The notes beneath the pieces were generated by a model. The model was given only the letters and a program-made list of their open reading frames with translations, searched no databases and was not told where the DNA came from. A program made the position numbers and the translations under genes. From positions 16,909 to 80,908 of IMG/VR virus record IMGVR_UViG_3300042352_001346: DNA of 64,000 bases; one strand, 5' to 3'. Source of the stretch: a virus. Positions 39,187 to 48,859 of the stretch are shown piece by piece. The number at the start of each line of letters is the position of its first letter. Positions within the stretch are counted from its first letter, which is position 1.

Positions 39187-39774
39187 ATGGAAAATAATTT
39201 TGAAACTTCATTAACCAAAATAATTGGTTCAATTAAAAGGTATTCTATAACTCGCCAAATTTTTACTTATACATTTAAAACTAATCATCATTTTACAGAA
39301 AGTAAAAGAAAGAGAGTATTATCTTTAGAAGATGTACTTGAAGTAATTGATTTTGGTGGTTTTTCTTGGGATTTCAATAATTCAAAACTTTATTATCAAT
39401 TAACTGAAACTGAATATAAGTATTTAAATACTTTAAAAGGTAAAATATTATCATCTGATGAAATTAATTTTATAAATAATTTGATTGAAGGTGATAATTC
39501 TTTATTTATAGCTATTCAAGAAAAAGAATCATTATCAAAAGATAGTGCATTAGAAAAAATTGCTGAAATATTAGTAGGACGTACAGCAGAAGAATTAGAA
39601 ATTGCAAAAGATATACTTTATAATGACAGAGATTATAAGTATAAATCTGATAAAGTAAAAGCTTATTTAAAAGGTTCTATTAGACCAGATTATATTGTTA
39701 ATATTCTTTCTTTAAGAAAAGAAACAGTAGTTAATTTAAGTTATGTTGAAAGTATTAAAAAACAATTAAATTAA
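39187..39774 (+). CDS. Hypothetical protein
   Basis: True start probably ATG 39187 (MENNF); the track start lies inside the promoter. Confidence 0.55.
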   Translation: MENNFETSLTKIIGSIKRYSITRQIFTYTFKTNHHFTESKRKRVLSLEDVLEVIDFGGFSWDFNNSKLYYQLTETEYKYLNTLKGKILSSDEINFINNLIEGDNSLFIAIQEKESLSKDSALEKIAEILVGRTAEELEIAKDILYNDRDYKYKSDKVKAYLKGSIRPDYIVNILSLRKETVVNLSYVESIKKQLN

Positions 39775-39780
39775 TTTATT

Positions 39781-40074
39781 ATGGATATTTATAATAAATT
39801 AAATGATTTAATTAATAATCATGTATTTTTTACTATAAAAAAAATACGTTTAAGAAGAACTGTATTTATATCTCTTGTAAAAGAATTAGAATTGAATTTA
39901 TCTATACCAAATAAACCTGGATTTAAATATACTGATTTTAAATTATCGACTCCTAATGGTATTGTAATAAATATTGAAGAAATAGGTAATCGAGGTACTA
40001 ATAAAGTAATAGGTATAGATAAAAAAGAAATTGAAATATTATCTTTTGATGATAATTTTAATATAATTAAGTAA
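39781..40074 (+). CDS. Hypothetical protein
   Basis: 97-aa ORF. Confidence 0.45.
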   Translation: MDIYNKLNDLINNHVFFTIKKIRLRRTVFISLVKELELNLSIPNKPGFKYTDFKLSTPNGIVINIEEIGNRGTNKVIGIDKKEIEILSFDDNFNIIK

Positions 40075-40075
40075 T

Positions 40076-43000
40076 ATGGAATTAAAGCAATGGATTCAAA
40101 ATAATAATTTAGATGTAAAATTTATAGATAGTTTTACATTAAAATGTGATGAAAAATTATTTAGAATAGTATTTCCTAATAATGAGGATATATTATTTGA
40201 TGATAATTTTTCATTAGTTTTGGATGATAGTGATAAGAATTTTGATTGTGATTTTTATTTATTTGAATTTGGAAATAAATGGTTTTATATAGATAAAATT
40301 CAATGGAAAAAACCTAAGTTAAAATTATTTAAATATGTTGGTAAATCTATTAAAAATAGTTTATCTAATGCATTACCATTTGCTCATTTAGGTTTGAGAG
40401 GTAAATATGAAATTTTAAATGGTTCAGGTGATTATGAAAAATATTGCAAAAAATGTAATTTTATAAATGGATATGGTTTAGGTATTTGTGAAAAAAATAC
40501 ATTAGCAGGAGTAGTTGCTTTTCAACAAGCATGTGAAAAAAATAAAATTAAAGGTTGTATAGGTATGACCATTGATTGTAAATTTGATGATGAAACTGAT
40601 TCATGTGAGTGTAAAGTATTTGTTGTAGATAAAATTGGATGGAAACATATTTTAAAACTTAGTGCTTTAATAAATATACATGAAAATAAATATATAACTG
40701 AACAACAATTATTAGATAATTCATCAGGATTAATATTTATTTTTGGTAATAGAGCACCTTTAAATGAAAGACGTATAGAAGTTTTTAATATTGCTTTTTA
40801 TGAAGTTTATTATCAATTTGATAGTGTTGTTTGGGAAAGTGATAGAATAGATATGATTCATCTTGCTAATATGAAAGATTATATTGAATTGTATAGAAAT
40901 AAATTAAAACCAATTTTATTAAATGATAGTTATTATATAGATGAAGAAGATTTTGAAGTAAAAAAAATATTAAATAAAATTGGTAATAGAAGATTTCAAA
41001 ACGATAGTAAGAATCAATATTATCAATCATTAGAAGATATTATTGCTTATTTAGACCCTTTGTTTAAAAATAAATCATTATTAGAAGATTTATTTATTTC
41101 TTCATTATTAAATACTAAAACTTTATTAGATAATTGTGAATTTAAATTAGAATTAAATAAACAATTCTTTATACCAAAATTTAGCACTGCACATTTATCT
41201 AGTGAATATCCAAAAGATAATAATGCTTTATTCTTTTATTTAATTAATAAAGGAATGAAAGCTAAAGGTATTGAAAATAATATTAAATATTTACAAAGAC
41301 TTGATGAAGAATTAGAAGTAATAATGAAAGGAGGATTTGTAGAATATTTTTTAATTCTTTGGGACGTAATTAGATGGTGTGAAGAAGAAAAAGATATATT
41401 AACAGGTATTGGCAGAGGTTCAGCTGCAGGTAGTTTAATTGCATTTTTATTAAATATTACTAGAATAGACCCTTTACCTTATGATTTATTATTTAGTAGA
41501 TTTTTAAATGCTGGTCGTATAGGAAAATCATTACCAGATATAGATACAGATTTTGAAGGTGAAAGACGTGAAGAAGTAAAACAATATTTAGAACAAATGT
41601 ATGGTAAAAACTTTGTTTGTAGTATTGGAAGTTTTAATGCATTAAAATTAAAATCAGGTCTTAAAGATTTAGGACGTATAAGTGGAATTGAATTTAATTA
41701 TGTAAATGTAATAACTTCATCTTTAAATCCTAAAGAAGGTAGAGATGCTGAAATAGAAGAATTATTTATTTTAGCATTAGATATGGAGAAAAAAGGTAAA
41801 CCTGGTGTTAAAGATTTTATTAAAAAATTTCCACGTATAGCTAATAATTTATATCTTTTATTAGACCAACCAAAATCACCTAAAGTGCATCCTTGTGCAA
41901 CTATTATTTTACCAAATGCAAATGATGGTGAAGATATATTTGATAAAATACCTCTTAGAAAAGATGGCGAAGTATTAATTTCTATGTGGGAAGGTGAATA
42001 TCTTGAAGCATTAGGTTATCTTAAAGAAGATATACTTGGAATTGCTCAACTTGATAAATTTGGCATGATTTTAAAATTAATCAAAAAACATACAGGTAAT
42101 AAAATTGATATTTATAATCTTCCAGTTGATGATATTAAAGTAATTGATTTTTTTCAAAAAGGATTAACAGGTGATGTTTTTCAATTTGGTAGTATAGGAT
42201 TAACTAAATTTTGTAAAGAAGTTAAACCATATAATATAGAAGAATTAATTAATATGGTTGCTCTATACAGACCAGGTCCAATTGGTTCAGGAGCACATAC
42301 CAAATATATTAAAGTAAAAGAAGGTAAAGAACAACCTGATTATGATTTTAATTTAAAGGAAGTAACAGAATCTACTTTTGGTTTGTATATATTTCAAGAA
42401 CAAGTAATGAAAGCTTGTGGTATATTAGGTGGATTTAATGGAATTGAAGTTGATGATATTCGTAAGGGAATGGGTAAAAAATTAATTAAAGTACTAGAAC
42501 CTTATAAAAAAAGATTTGTTGATAATGCAGTTAAATTAGGTTGTGAACAAATAGAAGCTGAAAAAATATGGGATAAGTTAGAATTATTTTCTGGATATGG
42601 TTTTAATAAATCACATGCTGCTTGTTATGCAATGATGGGGTATATTTCACAATGGTTGAAAGTATATTATCCTCTTGAATTTTGGACTAGTGCATTTCAA
42701 TTTTGTAAAAATGATAAAGAAGGACAAATAACAGAAAGAAGATTTTTATCTGAAATTAAAAAAACAACTAATTTAAAAATTGTACCTCCTGATATTAATA
42801 ATAGTACATTAAATTTTGAAGCTGACCCTAAAAGATTTAAAATATATTGGTCTTTATCAAGAGTTAAATTTTTAGGTGAAGTAGGTCTTGATGTTTTATT
42901 ATTAGAACGTGAACAAAATGGTAAATTTTTCTCAATTGAAGAATTTACAAAAAGATTACCTAAAGCTTTTATTAATAAAAGAATTGTAATTTGTTTGATT

Positions 43001-43537
43001 TTATCAGGTGCATTTGATGATATGTATAATATTATGAATCCTTTAGATAGGAAAATAATATTAGATAAATTTTATGCAGTTTCAGGTAATGCACAAGATG
43101 AAAAAATTATAGATTATTCTCTTATAAATAAAGAATGGTATTGGGTAATGAAACAAATGGAGTTTAGTGGTTTAGGTGATATTAATTATAGAAAATTAGC
43201 TGAGGAAAATGGTTTTGGTAATTTAGTAAATAATTATATTGATTCCTATGAATTACAAAGAGAAAGCAATGTAAAACAAAAGGTAACTATGGGTGGTATT
43301 TTAAAAAAAGTTACTACAAGGTCAAGTCAAAAAGGTCCTTGGGGTGTATTAGATTTAGATAGTAACAATGAACAAATACAAGTATATTGTTGGAATGCAG
43401 AATGGACAAGTTTAAAAGAAGAAATACTTAAATCTGTTGAAAAACCATTTATTTTTACAGGAGTAGTACAATTTAATGCTTATAGTCAAACTAATATTAT
43501 ACATTTACAAAATAATTCAGTAACTAAATTTTTATAA
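40076..43537 (+). CDS. dnaE: DNA polymerase III alpha subunit (family C)
   Basis: GRGSAAGSL, FSRFLN, PDIDTDF, KEDILG, VFQF, LYRPGP, FQEQVM, YGFNKSH; C-terminal OB fold. Confidence 0.95.
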   Translation: MELKQWIQNNNLDVKFIDSFTLKCDEKLFRIVFPNNEDILFDDNFSLVLDDSDKNFDCDFYLFEFGNKWFYIDKIQWKKPKLKLFKYVGKSIKNSLSNALPFAHLGLRGKYEILNGSGDYEKYCKKCNFINGYGLGICEKNTLAGVVAFQQACEKNKIKGCIGMTIDCKFDDETDSCECKVFVVDKIGWKHILKLSALINIHENKYITEQQLLDNSSGLIFIFGNRAPLNERRIEVFNIAFYEVYYQFDSVVWESDRIDMIHLANMKDYIELYRNKLKPILLNDSYYIDEEDFEVKKILNKIGNRRFQNDSKNQYYQSLEDIIAYLDPLFKNKSLLEDLFISSLLNTKTLLDNCEFKLELNKQFFIPKFSTAHLSSEYPKDNNALFFYLINKGMKAKGIENNIKYLQRLDEELEVIMKGGFVEYFLILWDVIRWCEEEKDILTGIGRGSAAGSLIAFLLNITRIDPLPYDLLFSRFLNAGRIGKSLPDIDTDFEGERREEVKQYLEQMYGKNFVCSIGSFNALKLKSGLKDLGRISGIEFNYVNVITSSLNPKEGRDAEIEELFILALDMEKKGKPGVKDFIKKFPRIANNLYLLLDQPKSPKVHPCATIILPNANDGEDIFDKIPLRKDGEVLISMWEGEYLEALGYLKEDILGIAQLDKFGMILKLIKKHTGNKIDIYNLPVDDIKVIDFFQKGLTGDVFQFGSIGLTKFCKEVKPYNIEELINMVALYRPGPIGSGAHTKYIKVKEGKEQPDYDFNLKEVTESTFGLYIFQEQVMKACGILGGFNGIEVDDIRKGMGKKLIKVLEPYKKRFVDNAVKLGCEQIEAEKIWDKLELFSGYGFNKSHAACYAMMGYISQWLKVYYPLEFWTSAFQFCKNDKEGQITERRFLSEIKKTTNLKIVPPDINNSTLNFEADPKRFKIYWSLSRVKFLGEVGLDVLLLEREQNGKFFSIEEFTKRLPKAFINKRIVICLILSGAFDDMYNIMNPLDRKIILDKFYAVSGNAQDEKIIDYSLINKEWYWVMKQMEFSGLGDINYRKLAEENGFGNLVNNYIDSYELQRESNVKQKVTMGGILKKVTTRSSQKGPWGVLDLDSNNEQIQVYCWNAEWTSLKEEILKSVEKPFIFTGVVQFNAYSQTNIIHLQNNSVTKFL

Positions 43538-43538
43538 A

Positions 43539-44111
43539 ATGGCTCAAAAAGTAATTCATTTAGAAAATAATGTAGTAGTAATTTTGCAATATAGTGATTT
43601 TGCAAATGAAATTAATGTAGATGATTTAATGTCAATTGATTCTACTAATATTTTAGGAGAAGTATTAACATTTCCAGTTATATTAAATAGATTTGGTTTA
43701 ATATTAGCTGAAAAAGAAGATGATTTAAGACGTACAAATTTTTTGTATGAAACTAAATTAGATGAAGTTAAAAATGAATTAGCAAAAGCTTATGGAAGAG
43801 CATTTAGTTATTTTCAATCAGAAGCTGGAGGTAGTGTAAAAAATCCAACTGGTGCTCAATGTGAGAATAGAGCTAAAGAAGATGAAATTGTATTAGAAAA
43901 AAAGAAAGATGCAGATAATATAAGAAATATACTTTTAGATGTTCAAAAAGAAAGAGACTTAATGAATAGTCTTTATTGGTCAGCTAAAAGTAAAGATGAA
44001 AAATTAAATAAATTAACAGAAAAATTATCACCAAGAGAATTAGAAAGTGAACTTATAGATGGTTTAATAAATGGTGTTATGATTAAAAAAACTAAATCTC
44101 TTATGGGGTAA
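43539..44111 (+). CDS. Coiled-coil protein, possibly UvsY-like recombination mediator
   Basis: Helical 190-aa protein after the polymerase; weak inference. Confidence 0.35.
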   Translation: MAQKVIHLENNVVVILQYSDFANEINVDDLMSIDSTNILGEVLTFPVILNRFGLILAEKEDDLRRTNFLYETKLDEVKNELAKAYGRAFSYFQSEAGGSVKNPTGAQCENRAKEDEIVLEKKKDADNIRNILLDVQKERDLMNSLYWSAKSKDEKLNKLTEKLSPRELESELIDGLINGVMIKKTKSLMG

Positions 44112-44178
44112 TGTTGTATGAGTTGGGAAAGTTTTAAATTTTATATACCTTTACTTTATAAAATTAAAAAAAACTATC

Positions 44179-44634
44179 ATGACTAAATGGCAACAATTTT
44201 TGGAAGTTATTAAAAAATATACTTTCAATACAACTACAGTAGATTTACAAACTAATGGTGCAGCAGATATAAAAACTGCTTTATCAGCTTTAGGTTTACC
44301 TCCTAAATTAGTTTTTAAATTATCACAAACAGGTACAGCTGTACCTACATTAACTGCAATTTTAAATACAATTGGTGCAACAGTTGGAACTCCAACAAGA
44401 ACATCAGCAGGTTTTTACACAGTACCTATTACAGGAACTGGTTTGTTAACTACTGCATTAGCAAGTAAAATACCTATTAAAATTGCAAATGGTTGTACAG
44501 CAGGTCTTGTTACAGCTGAAGTTTTAGCAACAGATGTTTTAACTATTAAAACATATCAAGTTACAGATGGTGCAATTGCTGATGTAATGTTAGATAATTG
44601 TACATTTGAAATTGATTTTTATCCTCAAAGCTAA
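44179..44634 (+). CDS. Thr/Ala/Gly-rich beta protein, possibly a virion decoration protein
   Basis: Structural-protein-like composition; own terminator. Confidence 0.4.
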   Translation: MTKWQQFLEVIKKYTFNTTTVDLQTNGAADIKTALSALGLPPKLVFKLSQTGTAVPTLTAILNTIGATVGTPTRTSAGFYTVPITGTGLLTTALASKIPIKIANGCTAGLVTAEVLATDVLTIKTYQVTDGAIADVMLDNCTFEIDFYPQS

Positions 44635-44658
44635 AATCTTTTCTAATTATTTAATTAT

Positions 44659-44699
44659 AGAGCAGTATGTTAATTAATATACTGCTCTTGCTTTTTTTT
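44659..44699 (+). terminator. Intrinsic terminator
   Basis: AGAGCAGTAT-loop-ATACTGCTCT followed by a T8 run. Confidence 0.8.
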
Positions 44700-44714
44700 A
44701 AAAAAAAAGAAAAA

Positions 44715-44796
44715 TTTGGAGATTTCGAAAAATCTTCGTACCTTCGCAAGAGAATTAAGGATACGAATAAATTGTAAACAAATAAAATTGTAAAAA
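44715..44796 (+). promoter_or_regulatory. Promoter plus tandem ATTGTAAA leader
   Basis: TTTG (44715), TAccTTCG (44739), boxes at 44771 and 44787. Confidence 0.75.
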
Positions 44797-45630
44797 ATGA
44801 AAAATTTCTCAACACTTGTACCTGCCGAGTTTTATGCTCCAACTGAAAAAGTTGATACCATAAGTTTAATGCCAGGTTTTTTAGCTATGCCTTATAATGA
44901 AGCAGCAGTTGTTATGCATTTGCCAGTTGAAGGTCAATTAGAAGCTAATAAAACAACTGTAAATTTTTGTTCTAAAGGTTATGCATTAATTCCAAATGCT
45001 ACTATTTTTCCAATTATTGAAGAAAAATTAAAAGCAAGTAATTTAGCTTATCAAGTGTATTATAAAATACATAATACAGCAATTTTCTTTATTACTTATG
45101 TATTAACAGGTTCTGAAATAGAAGTTGATGGTATTACTTACAATCCATCTATTTCAATTCAGCACAGTTATAATTCACAAGTATTGTATGGTATTACACC
45201 AGGTTTGAAAGAAAAAGATGGTGAAAATGTATTATTTGGTCTTTCAGAAGATTATATTGTTTCTCATTGTACAGGTAATACTGAAAAAATTATCACTACT
45301 ACTTTAGATACAATTATTAACTATGTAGAGAAATATAAATCATCAGTTTCTGAAAGTATAGCATTGCTTACAGAATATGATATTAATATTTCTGAATTAG
45401 AAGCTACTGTTGAAGAAGCAATTGATGAAGTTAAGTTTTTAAAACTTAAAGATAAAGTAGTTGAAAATGTATTGGCTTTAAATAAAGCAGGTTCTACAAA
45501 AGTTAACTATTGGACAATTTATAAAGGTTTTGTTCAAGAGTTAAATGAAAATAATACAATGCAACACGATAAAAGAGTGAAGCTTGAACAATATTTATTT
45601 GATTACTTCACTAGTGATGAAGAAGAATAG
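44797..45630 (+). CDS. DUF932-like protein
   Basis: SKGY.LIPN, I.HSYN, H.G and W..Y pattern. Confidence 0.5.
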   Translation: MKNFSTLVPAEFYAPTEKVDTISLMPGFLAMPYNEAAVVMHLPVEGQLEANKTTVNFCSKGYALIPNATIFPIIEEKLKASNLAYQVYYKIHNTAIFFITYVLTGSEIEVDGITYNPSISIQHSYNSQVLYGITPGLKEKDGENVLFGLSEDYIVSHCTGNTEKIITTTLDTIINYVEKYKSSVSESIALLTEYDINISELEATVEEAIDEVKFLKLKDKVVENVLALNKAGSTKVNYWTIYKGFVQELNENNTMQHDKRVKLEQYLFDYFTSDEEE

Positions 45631-45652
45631 TTTTTACAATTGTTAGTTAGTA

Positions 45653-45683
45653 AGGCGAGTTGTTTCTACAACTTGCCTATTTT
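45653..45683 (+). terminator. Probable terminator hairpin
   Basis: AGGCGAGTTGT-TTCT-ACAACTTGCCT followed by ATTTT. Confidence 0.65.
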
Positions 45684-45717
45684 AGTCTGTATTTTTTAAT
45701 CTTTAAATATATAAATC

Positions 45718-47121
45718 ATGGGTACTTTTGACCGCAGTATTATTCCGGAAGTAACAACGGAAGATTTAGTTGCACAGCAACAGGAAAATGAAGCCTTAGT
45801 AGGTAGAAAAAAAAGTGTTGATTATTTAGCCTTTAAATCAGGTCTAAATATTAGAAGAATTATGCCACCACATCCAGGTACAAAAACTTGGATTGCATGT
45901 AAAGGTGTGCACTGGTTACCTATTCAAGTTGTAGTTAAAAAAGACGACAAAAAAGAAGTAAGAGGTGCTAAACCTGAGGAAATTGAATTAGGTTTAAAAA
46001 ATGGTACCTACATTTATGAAATTAAAAGAAAACCAATTTTTAATTCTCGTATTCATGGTGGTATTACAAAATCATTATCAGAAGAATATAAAAAATTCGC
46101 TGAAAAATGCTTTACAGAAGAATATGAAGGAGACCCAAAAAGTAAACAAGGTAAAACTGATATTGCTAAAAAAATGATGCCTATTACTGATTGGAAAGAA
46201 GGTATTAATTTAGGTATTTCATGGGTTGCTTATTGTCTTGATATTGTAGGAGAAAAAAGAGTTTTTGGTCGTCAAGAATTTTCAGATGGTTTGAAAAAAT
46301 CAATGGATGCATTTTGTATTTCTGAAAGTGGTGGGCAAGCTATACAAACAGATGTTTTTTCTCATATTGATAAAGGTAAAGCATTAGGTATTACTTATGA
46401 CCCTACAAATGAAGATAAAAAGAAAATTTATATTCCTGTACTATATTGGCAAAAAGACTGGCCAATTACAGATGATGAACTTGAACTTTGGAATAGTTGT
46501 GCTTCTTTAGAAGAAATGTTTAAAAATTGTTACAAACGTAGAGACTTTTTGCAAGAATTAGAAGGATTAAGAAGATTTGATGAAACTAAAAAATTAAACT
46601 TTTTTGCTTATTCAGATTTTCAAAAAATCATTGCTGAAATTGCTGCTTATTTTCCTGAGGAAGAAACAACAAACTCTTCAAATGATGTTGCTCCACAACA
46701 AACTTCAACAACTTCTCCTTCAACATCTGCTGCTCCAAATAATCTAGATGCTATAAGTTCAGGTACTTTTGAAACAGCATTATCTAACGATAAATATGAT
46801 AAAGCATTTTTGCTTAAATTCATAGAAGTTGGTAAAATTAATGTAACTCCAAGAGAATCACATAACAAAGAAAGAATTTGTAGTGATATTATTGATGCCT
46901 TATTAGAAGCTAATGGCAATAATAAAAATAAAGTTACCAAACTTGTTGAAGATTTAATTGAAGATACAAGTGCAATTCTTATTCCTGCTGCTAATCAAGC
47001 ACCAGAAAGTGTTGTAAACACTAATATTGTAGAAGAAAAACAACCTGAACCTACAAGTCCAGTTAGTTCTACTTTAGCAGATTTACAAAATAAATATGCT
47101 CCTCAACAATCTCAACAATAA
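45718..47121 (+). CDS. Putative single-stranded DNA-binding protein (gp32-like)
   Basis: G.N.RRIMPP...HW pattern; low-complexity C-terminal tail; upstream of recombination genes. Confidence 0.55.
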   Translation: MGTFDRSIIPEVTTEDLVAQQQENEALVGRKKSVDYLAFKSGLNIRRIMPPHPGTKTWIACKGVHWLPIQVVVKKDDKKEVRGAKPEEIELGLKNGTYIYEIKRKPIFNSRIHGGITKSLSEEYKKFAEKCFTEEYEGDPKSKQGKTDIAKKMMPITDWKEGINLGISWVAYCLDIVGEKRVFGRQEFSDGLKKSMDAFCISESGGQAIQTDVFSHIDKGKALGITYDPTNEDKKKIYIPVLYWQKDWPITDDELELWNSCASLEEMFKNCYKRRDFLQELEGLRRFDETKKLNFFAYSDFQKIIAEIAAYFPEEETTNSSNDVAPQQTSTTSPSTSAAPNNLDAISSGTFETALSNDKYDKAFLLKFIEVGKINVTPRESHNKERICSDIIDALLEANGNNKNKVTKLVEDLIEDTSAILIPAANQAPESVVNTNIVEEKQPEPTSPVSSTLADLQNKYAPQQSQQ

Positions 47122-47138
47122 TTTTTTAATTGTAAAAT

Positions 47139-47173
47139 TATAACCAACCCTTTTAATTAAAGGGTTGGTTATA
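47139..47173 (+). terminator. Hairpin / probable terminator
   Basis: TATAACCAACCCTTT-loop-AAAGGGTTGGTTATA. Confidence 0.7.
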
Positions 47174-47181
47174 TTATATTT

Positions 47182-47826
47182 ATGTTTAAAATTTGTACAA
47201 AATGTAATTTACCTAAAGAATTAACAGAAGAGTTTTTTCATAAAAGAAGTGATTCTAAAGATGGATTTAGAAATGAATGTATTATATGTAGAAATAAAGG
47301 ACAAATTGAACGTAATATTATAAATTCTGAAAAGAATAAAATATACGTTAATGCATATAATTTACTACATTCAGAGAAGAGAAAAGAATATATGAGAATT
47401 TATAATTCTCAAAAAATTGAATTGTGTTGTTTAAGGTGTAAAAATGAAATAGTTGTAACAAAAGCATGTGTATCTAAAAATACTAATTATTGTCCTCATT
47501 GTTATAAATCACAACCAATATTTGAAGAATTTTTAAAAATTTGGTTAGATAAAAATCAAATTAAATATTTAAGAGAACAAAATTTTAATTGTATTATCAA
47601 TAGTAATTTTAGATATTTTGATTTTTATTTACCTGACTATAATTTTATAATTGAAATAAATGAAGATAATCATAAATATAGTAAAGAATTAGATGAACTT
47701 AAAAAACAGTTTATTTTAAGTAAAAATATTAATTTTATTGCTATTAATGTTTCACATAAAGAAAAATTAACAAGTTTTAAACATATTTTAAATAATGTCA
47801 AAACCATTATATATAGTAGCAACTGA
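47182..47826 (+). CDS. Free-standing putative homing endonuclease (zinc finger + PD-(D/E)xK/Vsr-like)
   Basis: KICTKC..PK...FF..R....DG....C..C; YFDFYLPDYNFIIEINE..H. Confidence 0.65.
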   Translation: MFKICTKCNLPKELTEEFFHKRSDSKDGFRNECIICRNKGQIERNIINSEKNKIYVNAYNLLHSEKRKEYMRIYNSQKIELCCLRCKNEIVVTKACVSKNTNYCPHCYKSQPIFEEFLKIWLDKNQIKYLREQNFNCIINSNFRYFDFYLPDYNFIIEINEDNHKYSKELDELKKQFILSKNINFIAINVSHKEKLTSFKHILNNVKTIIYSSN

Positions 47827-48859
47827 TATTCATATAACAGCTGATAATATTGATAAGAAAAAACAATATTTATTAGAAATGTGTGAAAAATCAAAAGAAC
47901 TAAAGTGTGAAGATTTATTACTTTTAGGTGATATTTTTGATTCAAGAAAAGGTCAACCACAAAAAGTATTAAATGGTTTTACAGAAATTTTATTAATGTT
48001 GAATAAATATTACAAATCAATATTAATAATAGCAGGTAATCATTGTAAATCTGACTATTGTAGTGAAAGAAGTTATTTAGATGAATATCAATATCATCCA
48101 AATACAAAAATAGTTGATAATTATTATCACTATAAAAATCTTAATTTAAATCATTATTATCATTTTATCCCATACTTTGAAGAAGAAACAACCTATTTAT
48201 CTTATTTAAATAAAGCTTTGGAGGTTGTAAAAGAAAATCCTACATTTGAACATTATTTATTTACACATATAGGGGTTAGAACTTTTTTAAATAATAGTAA
48301 AAAAGAAGTTCTTAATCCAGTTGTACCTGAATTATTTGCACCATTTAAAAAAGTATATATTGGTCATTATCACTGCAAAAGTAAAAAATTAAATATTCAA
48401 TATATTGGTTCATTAAATCCTGAAAATTTTGGTGAAGATAATGATAAGGGATTTATGGTATTTTATGAAAATGGTAGTGAAAAATATTTTAATTTAAAAT
48501 TTATAGAATATCATACAGTTACAATTGAATTAGATGCATACTCTTTAGAAGAAGTACAAAATTTAAGAAATAAATATACGAATTTTAAAGATAAAATTAG
48601 ATTTGTATTTTATGGTAATAAATCACAACTTAATACAATTGATGTAGGATTTTATCAAAGTGTAGGTATTAAAGTTGAAAAAAAACGTAAAGATATTGAA
48701 GAAACATTAATAGCTGCTTCTAATAATCAATTAGTAGTTAAATTTGATATTGAATCAATTAAAACGGAATTTAATGATTTTAGTACTATACTTCAATTAG
48801 AAAAAGAAAAATTTGAACTAGGTAAACAATATTTAAATAAACAATTACAAACAATCTAA
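47795..48859 (+). CDS. SbcD/Mre11-like metallophosphoesterase nuclease
   Basis: TDIH, LGDIFD, AGNH, FTH, IGHYH, YIGS...NFGE. Confidence 0.85.
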   Translation: MSKPLYIVATDIHITADNIDKKKQYLLEMCEKSKELKCEDLLLLGDIFDSRKGQPQKVLNGFTEILLMLNKYYKSILIIAGNHCKSDYCSERSYLDEYQYHPNTKIVDNYYHYKNLNLNHYYHFIPYFEEETTYLSYLNKALEVVKENPTFEHYLFTHIGVRTFLNNSKKEVLNPVVPELFAPFKKVYIGHYHCKSKKLNIQYIGSLNPENFGEDNDKGFMVFYENGSEKYFNLKFIEYHTVTIELDAYSLEEVQNLRNKYTNFKDKIRFVFYGNKSQLNTIDVGFYQSVGIKVEKKRKDIEETLIAASNNQLVVKFDIESIKTEFNDFSTILQLEKEKFELGKQYLNKQLQTI

